Positions 28,096-37,222 are shown, numbered from the stretch's first letter. The stretch is DNA of 64,000 nucleotides from Fimbriimonadaceae bacterium (GCA_019638795.1 JAHBTB010000003.1:48295-112294); one strand, 5' to 3'. The notes: generated by a model not told the origin, from the sequence alone. Program-made: numbers and translations.

Positions 28096-29360
28096 ACAAC
28101 CTGACGAGTTGGTGCAGTTGTGACGGGGCCGGTGGCCTCGACCAGACCGCGACATGGACGCGACGGGCCCTCGTGTCAGCCGGTGTGAGTTGGTTGGCGG
28201 CCCGGTCGGCCCTGGCCCAAGCGACGTTCGCCACCGACCGGCAAGACCGGCACGTCTTGGTCGTCGTCTTCTTACGCGGCGGGGCTGACGGCCTTCACCT
28301 CGTCACGCCGTACTTTGAGGACGACTACTACCGCGCCCGACCGGCACTCGCCACCCGCCCTCCCGGGGACAAGCGCGGCGGCCCGACGTGCGTCGACCTA
28401 GACGGTCGCTTCGGCCTGCATCCCACTTTGGCGCCCCTCCAGCCGGCATGGCAGGACGGCAGTCTGGCTGTGGTCCATGCGGTGGGTAGCGGCGACACCA
28501 CCCACTCCCATTTCGAGGCCATGGCGACCATGGAACGGGGCCTGACCAACCAAGCGGACCTGGCCTCGGGCGGGTGGCTGGCCCGCCACCTGGAGACCCA
28601 GGCCGGGGCGACATCCCCGATGCGGGCGGTCGCCTGGGGGTACACGATGCCCGAAAGCCTGAGTGGCGCCACCGGGGCAACCCTTGTCGAGACCCTGGCC
28701 GAGTACCGCCTCCGAGCGGGTGACGGTGCGGCCCGCGAACGGCTGCACCGGCTCTACGCCGAGGCCCACGACCAACTCGCCGAAGCCGGGTCGCGTACCC
28801 TCGGCGTCCTCAAGACTCTGGACCGGCTGGATCCTAAGGACTACAAACCTGAACATGGGGCGACATACCCTGAGACCCCGACCGGCAAGGCGATGCGTGA
28901 GGTGGCGTTCCTCGTGCGGCAGAAGGTCGGCCTCGAGATCGCCTGCCTCGACTCGGGCGGGTGGGACAGCCACGTCAACCAGGCCTACCTCGTCGAGCAG
29001 ATGGGCGACCTCGCCAAGACGTTGGCCGCGTTCCGACAAGACCTCGGCCCCGAGACGGCCCGGGTGACCGTCATCGTCCAAAGCGAGTTTGGCCGGCGCG
29101 TCGAGGAGAACAGCGGCCTCGGCACCGACCACGGCGCGGGCGGCGTCCTCTTCGCCATGGGCGGCGGCGTCCGCGGCGGCAAGGTTTACGGCGATTGGCC
29201 CGGACTCGGACGCGGCGACCGCACCGGCCCCGGGGACCTGCGGATCACGACCGACTACCGCACCGTCCTCGCCGAAGCCCTGGAGCGAAGGCTCGGCAAC
29301 TCTGCCGTCAAGGACGTGTTCCCCGGCTTGGGTACCCGACGGTTGGGCGTGTTCAGCTAG
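28086..29360 (+). CDS. DUF1501 domain protein (sulfatase/alkaline-phosphatase-like fold) with Tat-type signal
   Basis: TRRALVSAGVSWLAARSALA, then VVVFLRGGADGLHLVTPY, and SEFGRRVEENSGLGTDHGAGGVLFAMGGGVRGGKVYG, typical of DUF1501. The start overlaps the DUF1800 stop by 10 nt. Confidence 0.85.
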   Translation: MAMNNLTSWCSCDGAGGLDQTATWTRRALVSAGVSWLAARSALAQATFATDRQDRHVLVVVFLRGGADGLHLVTPYFEDDYYRARPALATRPPGDKRGGPTCVDLDGRFGLHPTLAPLQPAWQDGSLAVVHAVGSGDTTHSHFEAMATMERGLTNQADLASGGWLARHLETQAGATSPMRAVAWGYTMPESLSGATGATLVETLAEYRLRAGDGAARERLHRLYAEAHDQLAEAGSRTLGVLKTLDRLDPKDYKPEHGATYPETPTGKAMREVAFLVRQKVGLEIACLDSGGWDSHVNQAYLVEQMGDLAKTLAAFRQDLGPETARVTVIVQSEFGRRVEENSGLGTDHGAGGVLFAMGGGVRGGKVYGDWPGLGRGDRTGPGDLRITTDYRTVLAEALERRLGNSAVKDVFPGLGTRRLGVFS

Positions 29361-29361
29361 G

Positions 29362-30120
29362 TCAGGCCCGGTCTTCGACATGGGCCTCGTCCTGCGGCGC
29401 GACGCTCGTGGGACGAGCGAGGTTGTCCCGGACGTCTTGGGCGCGGGTCTCGTCGGCCACCACCGCCGCCACCCGGGACACGACCTCTTTCATCGCTTGG
29501 TCTGCTTTTCGGGCCATCAGCGTGAACAACCCGAGACCGGTGCCGAGGATCCCCAAGATCGCGACAAGCCCGCCGACAAGGTGTCCCTTGGCGATCATGC
29601 CCGCTCCCAAGACAAAGGAGAGGATGATCGCGGGGTACATCCCGGCCATAAAGCCGACGAAGGCGCTGTGCTTGCCGGTGACCTTGGTCTTGCCGTCGCG
29701 GGAGACGACCGTGATCGGCCCGAAGGCAAACCCCTTGGAGACTCGGGCGGTGAGCGACCGCCCCACCTGGCTTGAGCCAGAAAAGTTGGAGTTCATGTTC
29801 GGTGTGCCCAACTCGGGCATCACCACGTCGAACCGCTCGGGGTCCAGTTCTCCGTCCACCACCGCCTCATGCGTGTGGGAGAGTGGTATGCCCAGGAACC
29901 GGACCCCCTTGTCTTGGCCCTGGCTGACCCGCACTTGGTCGATCGCCGCGTCCACGTACTTGGGGTCGATCCCCAGTTCGGTAGCCATCTTCACCAGCTG
30001 GTCGCGAGAAAGGCCGTTGGCGTCGGCGGTCCCGGCCAGGGCGCCCTGCTGCTGCAAGTCGACCGCCTTCATCAGGATGTCCTTGACCTGCTGTTCGCTA
30101 TAGGTGCGCTGGTGCTCCAT
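29362..30120 (-). CDS. Hypothetical membrane protein (soluble N-domain + 2 adjacent TM helices + charged tail)
   Basis: 252-aa ORF with an ATG start and G/C-rich third positions. Two hydrophobic helices (FVGFMAGMYPAIILSFVLGAGMI, LVGGLVAILGILGTGLGLFTL). No family recognised. Confidence 0.6.
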   Translation of the reverse strand: MEHQRTYSEQQVKDILMKAVDLQQQGALAGTADANGLSRDQLVKMATELGIDPKYVDAAIDQVRVSQGQDKGVRFLGIPLSHTHEAVVDGELDPERFDVVMPELGTPNMNSNFSGSSQVGRSLTARVSKGFAFGPITVVSRDGKTKVTGKHSAFVGFMAGMYPAIILSFVLGAGMIAKGHLVGGLVAILGILGTGLGLFTLMARKADQAMKEVVSRVAAVVADETRAQDVRDNLARPTSVAPQDEAHVEDRA

Positions 30121-30172
30121 TCCGACCCCTTCAATTTACGACACGGCGACCCAGAGGGGTTGCGGACGTCCG

Positions 30173-31672
30173 TCAGGCGTTTGGTTTCGGCCCGTTTCGA
30201 AACCCGTCGCAGGCGTCCCAGGCCGACACGGCCCCTGTCGGCACCGGCCCCGACGGACTGCTCGCGGCAAACGGAAGCAAGTTGCCAAGCCAGGCCGGTT
30301 CCGGTCCCGGTGTCCAATCGCCGAACTCCCGCCCGACAAAACCTGTGTCGAACCGACCCGCGGCAAACTCCGGGTGTTCCAAGACGTCGAGCAAGAACGC
30401 CACGTTTGTCTTGACCCCCAGGACGTGGGTGTCCCGGAGCGCCGCGCACAGCCGTGCCAGGGCAGCGGCACGGTCGGGCCCGTGGGCGACGACCTTCATC
30501 ACTAACGAGTCGAAGTGACGGCTGATCTCCGACCCTTGTCCGTAACCAGTGTCCACGCGGACGCCGGGGCCTTGGGGCAGGGCCAGCCCGACGATCCGGC
30601 CGACGCTGGGAACAAAGCCGTTGGCGGGGTCCTCGGCGACGACACGCGCCTCCACCGCATGACCGACCAACCGGGTCCGCTGTCCGGCGAGGAGTTCGGG
30701 CCCGATATCCAACCGCTTGCCGTCGGCCACGTCGATCTGGGCGCGGACGAGGTCCCATCCGGTCACGGCCTCGGTCACCGGGTGCTCGACCTGGAGTCGG
30801 GCGTTCACCTCCAAGAAGTAAAACTCCCCGCTAGCCTCGTCGAACATAAACTCCGCCGTTCCTGCCCCCACGTAACCGGCGGCGCGGACAAGGGCGGTGG
30901 TCGCTTCCCGCATCCGGTGCCACAGGTCGTCGGTCATGACCGGCGAAGGGGACTCCTCGACCAACTTCTGGTGCCGACGTTGGACGCTGCACTCGCGCTC
31001 GAACAGGCACACCACCTGGCCGTGGGTGTCAGCGACAAACTGGACCTCGATGTGGCGGGGGTCGAGGACGAGCTTTTCCAACATCATCGTCGGGTCGCCG
31101 AACGCCTTTTGGGCCTCGTCTCGGGCGAGGGCGAGGGACTGGTCGAAGTCGTCTGGGCCCGTCACCGCCCGCATCCCCCGGCCTCCACCTCCCGCGCTGG
31201 CCTTGAGCATCACCGGATAGCCGACGCGACCCGCCGCCTCGCGCAATTCGTCGTCCGACGCGCCGGGCTCAAAGAGCCCCGGAGTCACCGGCACGCCGAC
31301 GGACACAGCGAGCCGTTTCGCGTCGATCTTGGCCCCCAGCAGCTCCATCGCTTCCGGGGACGGGCCGATGAAGGTGACCCCGGTGTCCCGGCAAGCCCGG
31401 GAAAATGACGCCCGCTCGCTGAGGAAGCCATAGCCAGGGTGGAGGGCGTCGGCCCCGCTCACCCGACAAGCGTCAAGGACTTTGGCCACGTCCAGGTACG
31501 ACTCGGCGGCGGTCTCACCACCCAGGCGGACGGACTCGTCGGCGAGTTCCTTGTGCATCGCCTCTCGGTCCGAGTCGGAATAGACCGCCACACTCCGAAG
31601 TCCGGCCTCGCGGACGGCCCGGATGACGCGCACGGCGATCTCGCCACGGTTCGCGACCAAGACCTTGCGCAT
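30173..31672 (-). CDS. Biotin carboxylase (ATP-grasp) subunit of an acyl-CoA carboxylase, without a biotinyl (BCCP) domain
   Basis: MRKVLVANRGEIAVRVIRA ... HPGYGFLSE ... ATP-grasp and BC C-terminal domains. It ends about 55 aa after the BC domain, and I see no AMKM-type biotinylation motif. Confidence 0.88.
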   Translation of the reverse strand: MRKVLVANRGEIAVRVIRAVREAGLRSVAVYSDSDREAMHKELADESVRLGGETAAESYLDVAKVLDACRVSGADALHPGYGFLSERASFSRACRDTGVTFIGPSPEAMELLGAKIDAKRLAVSVGVPVTPGLFEPGASDDELREAAGRVGYPVMLKASAGGGGRGMRAVTGPDDFDQSLALARDEAQKAFGDPTMMLEKLVLDPRHIEVQFVADTHGQVVCLFERECSVQRRHQKLVEESPSPVMTDDLWHRMREATTALVRAAGYVGAGTAEFMFDEASGEFYFLEVNARLQVEHPVTEAVTGWDLVRAQIDVADGKRLDIGPELLAGQRTRLVGHAVEARVVAEDPANGFVPSVGRIVGLALPQGPGVRVDTGYGQGSEISRHFDSLVMKVVAHGPDRAAALARLCAALRDTHVLGVKTNVAFLLDVLEHPEFAAGRFDTGFVGREFGDWTPGPEPAWLGNLLPFAASSPSGPVPTGAVSAWDACDGFRNGPKPNA

Positions 31673-32427
31673 CAGAGCTCCACCACAAAGCTGGCCTTGC
31701 GCTTTTCCAGGAAGGCGGCGACGCCTTCGACACCTTCAGCGCCGGCCCTCGCGTCGGCAAGCAGGGTCGCCGCCTCTTCGGCCGTCAACGGGGCGGCCTG
31801 TGCCAAGGCCTTGCACGAGGCGACGGCCTCCGGCCCGCACCGCAGGACACCGGCGACCACCTCGTCGACCTTGGCGTCCAACATGTCCAGGTCCACCGCG
31901 TGGTGGACCATGCCGATACGCTGCGCCCGGTCCGTGTCGAAGACTTCCGCGGTCGTGAAGAGCGCCCGCGCATGGCCTGCGCCGATTTTGCCGACCACAT
32001 AGGGCGAAATCGTCGCGGGGACAAGCCCGAGTTTTGCCTCGCTGAAGGCAAACAGGGTGCCATGGGCGGCGACGGCGACGTCGGCACAACAGACAAGGCC
32101 GGAACCACCTCCAAAGGCCGCGCCATGGACCTTGGCGACGACGACGGCCGGCGACTCCACCAGACCTCGGAACAGACCGGCAAGAGAAACGGCGTCGGCG
32201 ATGTTTTGCTCGCGGGTGTAGGTCGCCGCCCGTCGCATCCACTCCAAGTCGCCGCCCGCGCAGAACGCCTTTCCCGCCCCTTCGATGACGATGACCCTTG
32301 TCCCTGCCGGTGCCCCGCCGACCGCGTCGGCCATGGCGGCGATGAGCCGGTCGTCCAAGGCGTTGCGGACTTCGGGCCGGTCGAGGGTCAGGCGCAACAC
32401 CGCGCCGTCCTGCGTCACCTGGAGCAT
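31672..32427 (-). CDS. Enoyl-CoA hydratase/isomerase (crotonase) family protein, possibly methylglutaconyl-CoA hydratase
   Basis: Crotonase signature GAGKAFCAGGDL and the oxyanion region VHGAAFGGG. The stop shares 1 nt with the biotin carboxylase start. Confidence 0.85.
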   Translation of the reverse strand: MLQVTQDGAVLRLTLDRPEVRNALDDRLIAAMADAVGGAPAGTRVIVIEGAGKAFCAGGDLEWMRRAATYTREQNIADAVSLAGLFRGLVESPAVVVAKVHGAAFGGGSGLVCCADVAVAAHGTLFAFSEAKLGLVPATISPYVVGKIGAGHARALFTTAEVFDTDRAQRIGMVHHAVDLDMLDAKVDEVVAGVLRCGPEAVASCKALAQAAPLTAEEAATLLADARAGAEGVEGVAAFLEKRKASFVVEL

Positions 32428-32466
32428 GGCCCAGTATGGCAGACCCCTTGGTCGGCGGAAGCGTCG

Positions 32467-33864
32467 CTAGGAGCCCGGAATACCCGGCTCGGTGAGCAAG
32501 GCCGGGTCAAGGGCTTTGCCCAAGGTCTCCTCGTCGACCAACCCCTTCTCGCGGACGACCTGAGGGATCGGTTTCTTCTCCTTGAGCGCGGTCTTCACGA
32601 CGTCGGCGGCAGCCTTGTATCCGATCAGGGGGTTTAGGGCCGTCGCCAGGCTGGGAGAAGTCTCCGCGTAATGGCGGCACGTCTCCACGTTGGCGGTGAT
32701 GCCGACCACGCAGTTGTCGGTGAAGGTGTCCAGCGTGTTGGCCAAGATCTTGAGGGCAAACTGGGCGGCAAACGCCATCCCCGGCATCATCACGTTCAGC
32801 TCAAGTTGGCCGGCCTGCACGCAGTAGTCCAGGGTCTGGCACTGCCCGAGCACCTGGAACAAGACGATGTTGAGGTTCTCCGCCATGCTCGGGTTGACCT
32901 TGCCCGGCATGATGCTGCTGCCCGGCTGGACCGGTGGCAGCACGATCTCGGCCAGGCCGGTGAGTGGGCCAGAACACAGCAACCGCAGGTCGTTGGTGAT
33001 CCGGGTGAGTTCCAGGCACAAGAGGCGGAGGCCGGCGGCGAGGGCTCCCATGCACATCTGGCTCTGCATCGCCTCGCGCATGTCGGGGCTGTTGCGCCAA
33101 TCATTGCCGGTGTACTCGCGCAGGTTGGCCACGACCTTGAAGCGGTACTCGGGGTGGGTGTTGAGCCCGGTGCCTGCGGCACTCCCGCCGATCCCCAACT
33201 CTTCCAGTTCTTCGGCGGCGTTCTCCAGCCACCGGCGACAACGGCGGACGCTCACCGCGTAGGCGGTGAACTCTTGACCGAGACGGACGGGCACCGCGTC
33301 CTGGAGGTGGGTGCGCCCGCTCTTCAGGACGTTGTCAAACTCGACCCCCTTGGCGGCCAGGGCGTCGGCGAGGCGGTCCACCTGGTGGAACAGCGGGTCG
33401 AGCAACAGCCGCGCCATGATCCGCATCGCGGTCGGGAACGTGTCGTTGGTGCTCTGCCCATAGTTGGCGTGGTCGTTGGGGTTGACCAGCTTGTACTCGC
33501 CGAGGTTGCCTCCGAGAATCTGCTCGGCCCGGTTCGCCAACACCTCGTTGACGTTCATGTTGAAACTCGTGCCCGCCCCCATGTGGAAGACGTCGACCGG
33601 GAACTGGTCGCGGTACTGGCCCCCGAGGACCTCGTCGGCCGCCTGGACCAAGGCCCGGCCTTGGTCACCGTCCAGAAGGCCAAGGTCGGTGTTCGCCTGC
33701 GCACAGGCCTTCTTCAGCAAAACGTAGGCGTCGACCATGCGGGGGTGCTCGGTCAAGCCGCTGATCTGGAAGAGACCGCGGCTCCTCTCCGCCTGACTTC
33801 CCCAATAGGCGTCCGAGGGGACAAGGACGTCACCAAGTGAGTCACGTTCGACGCGGGTGGACAT
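32467..33864 (-). CDS. aspA: Aspartate ammonia-lyase (class II fumarase/aspartase superfamily)
   Basis: GSSIMPGKVNP signature. DQFPVDVFHMGAGTSFNMNVNEVLAN and NPNDHANYGQSTNDTFP resemble AspA (DQFPVDV) more than FumC as I remember them. Fumarase cannot be excluded. Confidence 0.75.
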   Translation of the reverse strand: MSTRVERDSLGDVLVPSDAYWGSQAERSRGLFQISGLTEHPRMVDAYVLLKKACAQANTDLGLLDGDQGRALVQAADEVLGGQYRDQFPVDVFHMGAGTSFNMNVNEVLANRAEQILGGNLGEYKLVNPNDHANYGQSTNDTFPTAMRIMARLLLDPLFHQVDRLADALAAKGVEFDNVLKSGRTHLQDAVPVRLGQEFTAYAVSVRRCRRWLENAAEELEELGIGGSAAGTGLNTHPEYRFKVVANLREYTGNDWRNSPDMREAMQSQMCMGALAAGLRLLCLELTRITNDLRLLCSGPLTGLAEIVLPPVQPGSSIMPGKVNPSMAENLNIVLFQVLGQCQTLDYCVQAGQLELNVMMPGMAFAAQFALKILANTLDTFTDNCVVGITANVETCRHYAETSPSLATALNPLIGYKAAADVVKTALKEKKPIPQVVREKGLVDEETLGKALDPALLTEPGIPGS

Positions 33865-34001
33865 GGGGCCAGTTTATTCGGCACGGGCCGGGGTCACGGG
33901 CCCGCATCAGTGGGCACTCTTCACCGTTTTGGACTTCCTGGCCGTCTGAAGGATGTGGCCCCGGGGCTTCGCGGGGCCGGCTCTTCCTGAGTGTTGAACA
34001 A

Positions 34002-34409
34002 ATGAAACACGTCCCTGTCGCCCTTTGGGCGGTTGCCGTGCTGGGTGTCTTGGCGTCGGTCGGTGCACAGTTCGCCGAATCGTCACTCTCTGCCCGGGCC
34101 AAGTCCACCCAGATCGTCAAGGTCACGGCGGCTGACAAGCTCCTTGGCGGCCCCGGCTATGAGGTGGTCGGCCCCCCCGAAGACATGGTTGTCGACGTGC
34201 CACAGGCCACCCTGGATCAGCGAGGCCCGGGCGGTGAGGTCCTTCTCGACCGCGAGAAACTCACGAAGCTCAAGGTCTATCCGCTCCGGATGAAGTCGCT
34301 CTTGGCGTTCACCGGTGCGGTCAAATGGGCCGGGGCCATTGTTGCCGCTTCGTTCGGTGTCGCCGGCTTCCTCATTGCAAAAAAGTTGAAAAAAAGTCCC
34401 TCTCCCTGA
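34002..34409 (+). CDS. Hypothetical protein with N-terminal signal/anchor and C-terminal TM helix
   Basis: ATG at 34002 (MKHVPVALWAVAVLGVLASVGA). C-terminal helix WAGAIVAASFGVAGFLIA followed by KKLKK. The track start at 33837 was rejected as an extension. Confidence 0.55.
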   Translation: MKHVPVALWAVAVLGVLASVGAQFAESSLSARAKSTQIVKVTAADKLLGGPGYEVVGPPEDMVVDVPQATLDQRGPGGEVLLDREKLTKLKVYPLRMKSLLAFTGAVKWAGAIVAASFGVAGFLIAKKLKKSPSP

Positions 34410-34441
34410 TCTTCGTCGATTTATTGCAACAAACTAGCAAT

Positions 34442-34825
34442 ATGAACGCGGGCCGGGTGGCGGTGGGGACAGTGCTGACGTCGTTGGCCGCCCACATCCC
34501 TTGTTGCGGCCCCAGCCTGGTCCTCGCCTTCGGGAGCGCGTCCATCAGCGCTGGCTGGCTCATGGCCTTGGAGGCGTATCGGCCCCTGTTCCTCGGCGTT
34601 TCGTTCGTCACCCTCGCGATAGGCTTCGTCTTGGCGTACCAGAAGCCCAAGGTCTGCCCCAACCACGGGGTCGTCTGCGAAGGCCACGTCCGCGAGCGCA
34701 AGGTGAGGATCGTCGTGCAGTGGGCCGTCGCGGCCTTGGTCGTGTCGGTCGCCTTGCTTCCCCACAACCATGACCACCATGCCGGAGAGCCCGGCGACGG
34801 CGCGCCCGCCGTCGCCGCCCGCTGA
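34442..34825 (+). CDS. MerT-like metal (mercuric-ion type) transport membrane protein with His-rich tail
   Basis: It parallels Tn501 MerT as I remember it. TM1 has a vicinal Cys pair (HIPCCGPSLVLAFG vs ACCLGPLVLIALG), then EAYRPLFLG vs EPYRPIFIG, a second Cys pair in the loop (VCPNHGVVC vs ACKPGEVC) and a third helix. Extra C-terminal HNHDHH. Confidence 0.7.
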   Translation: MNAGRVAVGTVLTSLAAHIPCCGPSLVLAFGSASISAGWLMALEAYRPLFLGVSFVTLAIGFVLAYQKPKVCPNHGVVCEGHVRERKVRIVVQWAVAALVVSVALLPHNHDHHAGEPGDGAPAVAAR

Positions 34826-34839
34826 GCCATACTGGGGCG

Positions 34840-36111
34840 GTGTCTGCTGCCGCGGTCGGCGCACCCTCGCCGTACAAGCATTCGTTAGCTTGGAACCTGG
34901 GCTTTAGCTCGTACTGGTTCGCCACCAGTTACAAGTGGTTCATCCTCCTTTTCATCTTGTTGCCCAACCGGGCCCGCGAGCTCGGCGACGCGGCCAACCC
35001 GAACAGCAGTTGGAGCCTGGTCCTGGGGATCGGGGCCATCGTGGTCACCCTCGGGCCGCCGATCTCGGGACGGCTTTGCGAGACGCTTGGCGGCATCTGG
35101 GGCCGGCACGGACTTTGGCTCATGGTCGGGGCGACCATCACGGCGGTCGGCACCTTCACCGTGTTCTCCGCGACGACCTACGTCGCCTTGGTCGTCGGGT
35201 TCCTCCTCCTCCAAGTCGGTGACTCCATCGCCACCGGCCCTTACGCCGGCATGGTCGCGACGACCGTCCCCAGCGAGCACCGGGGGTTCGCCAGTTCGGT
35301 GCTTGGCGGCCTCAAGCTGTTCGGACAGATCGCTTCGGCCGTCGTCGCCATCATGTTTTCCAAACACCCAGTCGTGATCTATGGGGCGGTGGCCGGGCTG
35401 AACGTTCTGTGCGCGGCGTGGACCACCTACACCATCCGCCACGTCCCCCACGCGACTGTCGACCCTGAACACGTCCAGACCAACTTCTTCACCGATTGGG
35501 TCGCCCCGTTCAAGAACAACGACTTCCTCTTCGTTTGGTTGAACCGGTTCGTCGTCGCCTTGGCCTTCGCGATGGTCAGCGCCTTCGCCCTGAACTTCCT
35601 CAAGTTCGCCGTACCGGGCTATCACCTCTTCGGCAAGGACCTTGGCAAGGCCGAGACCGCCGCCCAAGCTATCGCCTTGACAATCTCCCTCGCCGGAGTG
35701 CTCGGCTCGGTCTACACCGCCCGGGTCGCCGACCGGATCGGCCGCAAGCGGCTCTTGGTCGTCTCCGGAGCGATGGTGTTCCTTGTGCTCTTCCCGGTCG
35801 GGTTCATCCGCGACTTCACCACGATCTGGCTGCTCGTCTTTGGCTTTGGGCTCGGCAACGGCATCTACGCCGCCGCCGACTGGGCCTTGGTCAGCGACGT
35901 GTTACCCAACGTCAAACGGGCGGGGACGGACATGGGGGTCTGGCACTCGGCGGAGACGATCGTCCAGCTCATGGTCGCACCCATCGGGTTTGCCATCGAC
36001 GCCCTCAACCACGCTCAGGCCGGCACCGGCTACGTCGCCATGTGCATCGGCTCGGCATGCCTGTTCCTGTTGTCGACCGTCTTTGTCCGCAATATCAAAG
36101 GCGCCCGGTAG
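34840..36111 (+). CDS. MFS transporter
   Basis: 423 aa with about 12 hydrophobic helices. RIGRKR-type loop between TM8 and TM9 (VADRIGRKRLLV). Starts 14 nt after the merT-like gene. Confidence 0.8.
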   Translation: MSAAAVGAPSPYKHSLAWNLGFSSYWFATSYKWFILLFILLPNRARELGDAANPNSSWSLVLGIGAIVVTLGPPISGRLCETLGGIWGRHGLWLMVGATITAVGTFTVFSATTYVALVVGFLLLQVGDSIATGPYAGMVATTVPSEHRGFASSVLGGLKLFGQIASAVVAIMFSKHPVVIYGAVAGLNVLCAAWTTYTIRHVPHATVDPEHVQTNFFTDWVAPFKNNDFLFVWLNRFVVALAFAMVSAFALNFLKFAVPGYHLFGKDLGKAETAAQAIALTISLAGVLGSVYTARVADRIGRKRLLVVSGAMVFLVLFPVGFIRDFTTIWLLVFGFGLGNGIYAAADWALVSDVLPNVKRAGTDMGVWHSAETIVQLMVAPIGFAIDALNHAQAGTGYVAMCIGSACLFLLSTVFVRNIKGAR

Positions 36112-36919
36112 CCTTCACTGCCCGCCGCGTCGCGTCTAGGCAGGCCGCGATATCGGCACGCGGGTCTTCGGGCTTCTCTTCGTACTCCAGCGACATCAAT
36201 TGGTCGAACTGGTTACGGCGGAGTTCGGTCAGGAAGTCGTTCAGGCGCAGGTCACCCTCGCCCAGGATCGTGAACCGGGTGGCGTCCTTCACGTCTTTGA
36301 GGTGGACGCCGTGGACGCGCTTGCCCAGTGTCTTGGCCCACTCCACCGGGTCTTGCTTGCTCCGCAGGGCGTGTCCCGTGTCGATGCAGACACCGATCCG
36401 CCGGTCGTGACCGTCGATCGCCTTCGTCAGTTGGTCGAGGGTCGAATATCGTGAGCCCGGCCCGTGGTTGTGGATCGCGATTCTGATGTCGTACTCCTTC
36501 ACAAGGCGGTCGAGGACCACGAAACTCGCCGGCGCAGGGTCGGCGCTGATGACCCTTACCCCCATGCGCTTGGCAAACTCGAACTGGGCCCGGCACGCGA
36601 CTTCGTCCCCGTCAAAGGCGACGACGCCCCAAGCCCACAACCTGACCCCAGCCTCTCGGTGCGCCTTGATCAAGGCCGCCAGCTTCGCGGGGTCGCCGGT
36701 GGCAGGCACATGGGCGGGATACGCCTCCCACGTCGAGAGGCCCAACGCCTTAGTCTCCTTCAGCGCCTGGGCGAGGGGGTAGGCGCGCAGGCTGTAGCTT
36801 TGGATCCCCATCCGGAACGGCGCATAGGGGTCGGCGAAGAGCAGGGCCTTGGCGACGGGTGTCATGCCCAGCCCTGTCGAGGCTGCTCCGGCTAAAAGGG
36901 TGCGTCGGGTCAGTTCCAC
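36095..36919 (-). CDS. Sugar phosphate isomerase/epimerase (xylose isomerase-like TIM barrel), Tat-signal
   Basis: VELTRRTLLAGAASTGLGM twin-arginine signal. AP-endonuclease-2/xylose-isomerase-like barrel motifs (IAIHNH, DTGH, LKD). Trimmed to GTG at 36919; the track start is 36988. Confidence 0.75.
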   Translation of the reverse strand: MELTRRTLLAGAASTGLGMTPVAKALLFADPYAPFRMGIQSYSLRAYPLAQALKETKALGLSTWEAYPAHVPATGDPAKLAALIKAHREAGVRLWAWGVVAFDGDEVACRAQFEFAKRMGVRVISADPAPASFVVLDRLVKEYDIRIAIHNHGPGSRYSTLDQLTKAIDGHDRRIGVCIDTGHALRSKQDPVEWAKTLGKRVHGVHLKDVKDATRFTILGEGDLRLNDFLTELRRNQFDQLMSLEYEEKPEDPRADIAACLDATRRAVKATGRL

Positions 36920-37222
36920 GACGCAAGGATACTCGGGCCCATGAAAAGAAACTCCCCTGCCTGACCAGTCGCCAGACAAGGGGAGCAACGAGCGTGATGC
37001 ATAGTCCGCAGTCCCACTGGAAAGGACGTGCTTTCCTCAGTCGTGGTCGACGCAGAGCGTCGATCCTCTCTCCGCCAATGAGTGTATACGAAAATAGACC
37101 ACATCACAAGTTTTTTGGCGCATAATGCCTAGTGACGCGATTTGCGAAGTTTGTTTCACGTAGTTGGAGGAAGAGCGCTGATTGGGCGGATGAGCCGTCC
37201 TGAATGTCAAACGCGGTAACCG

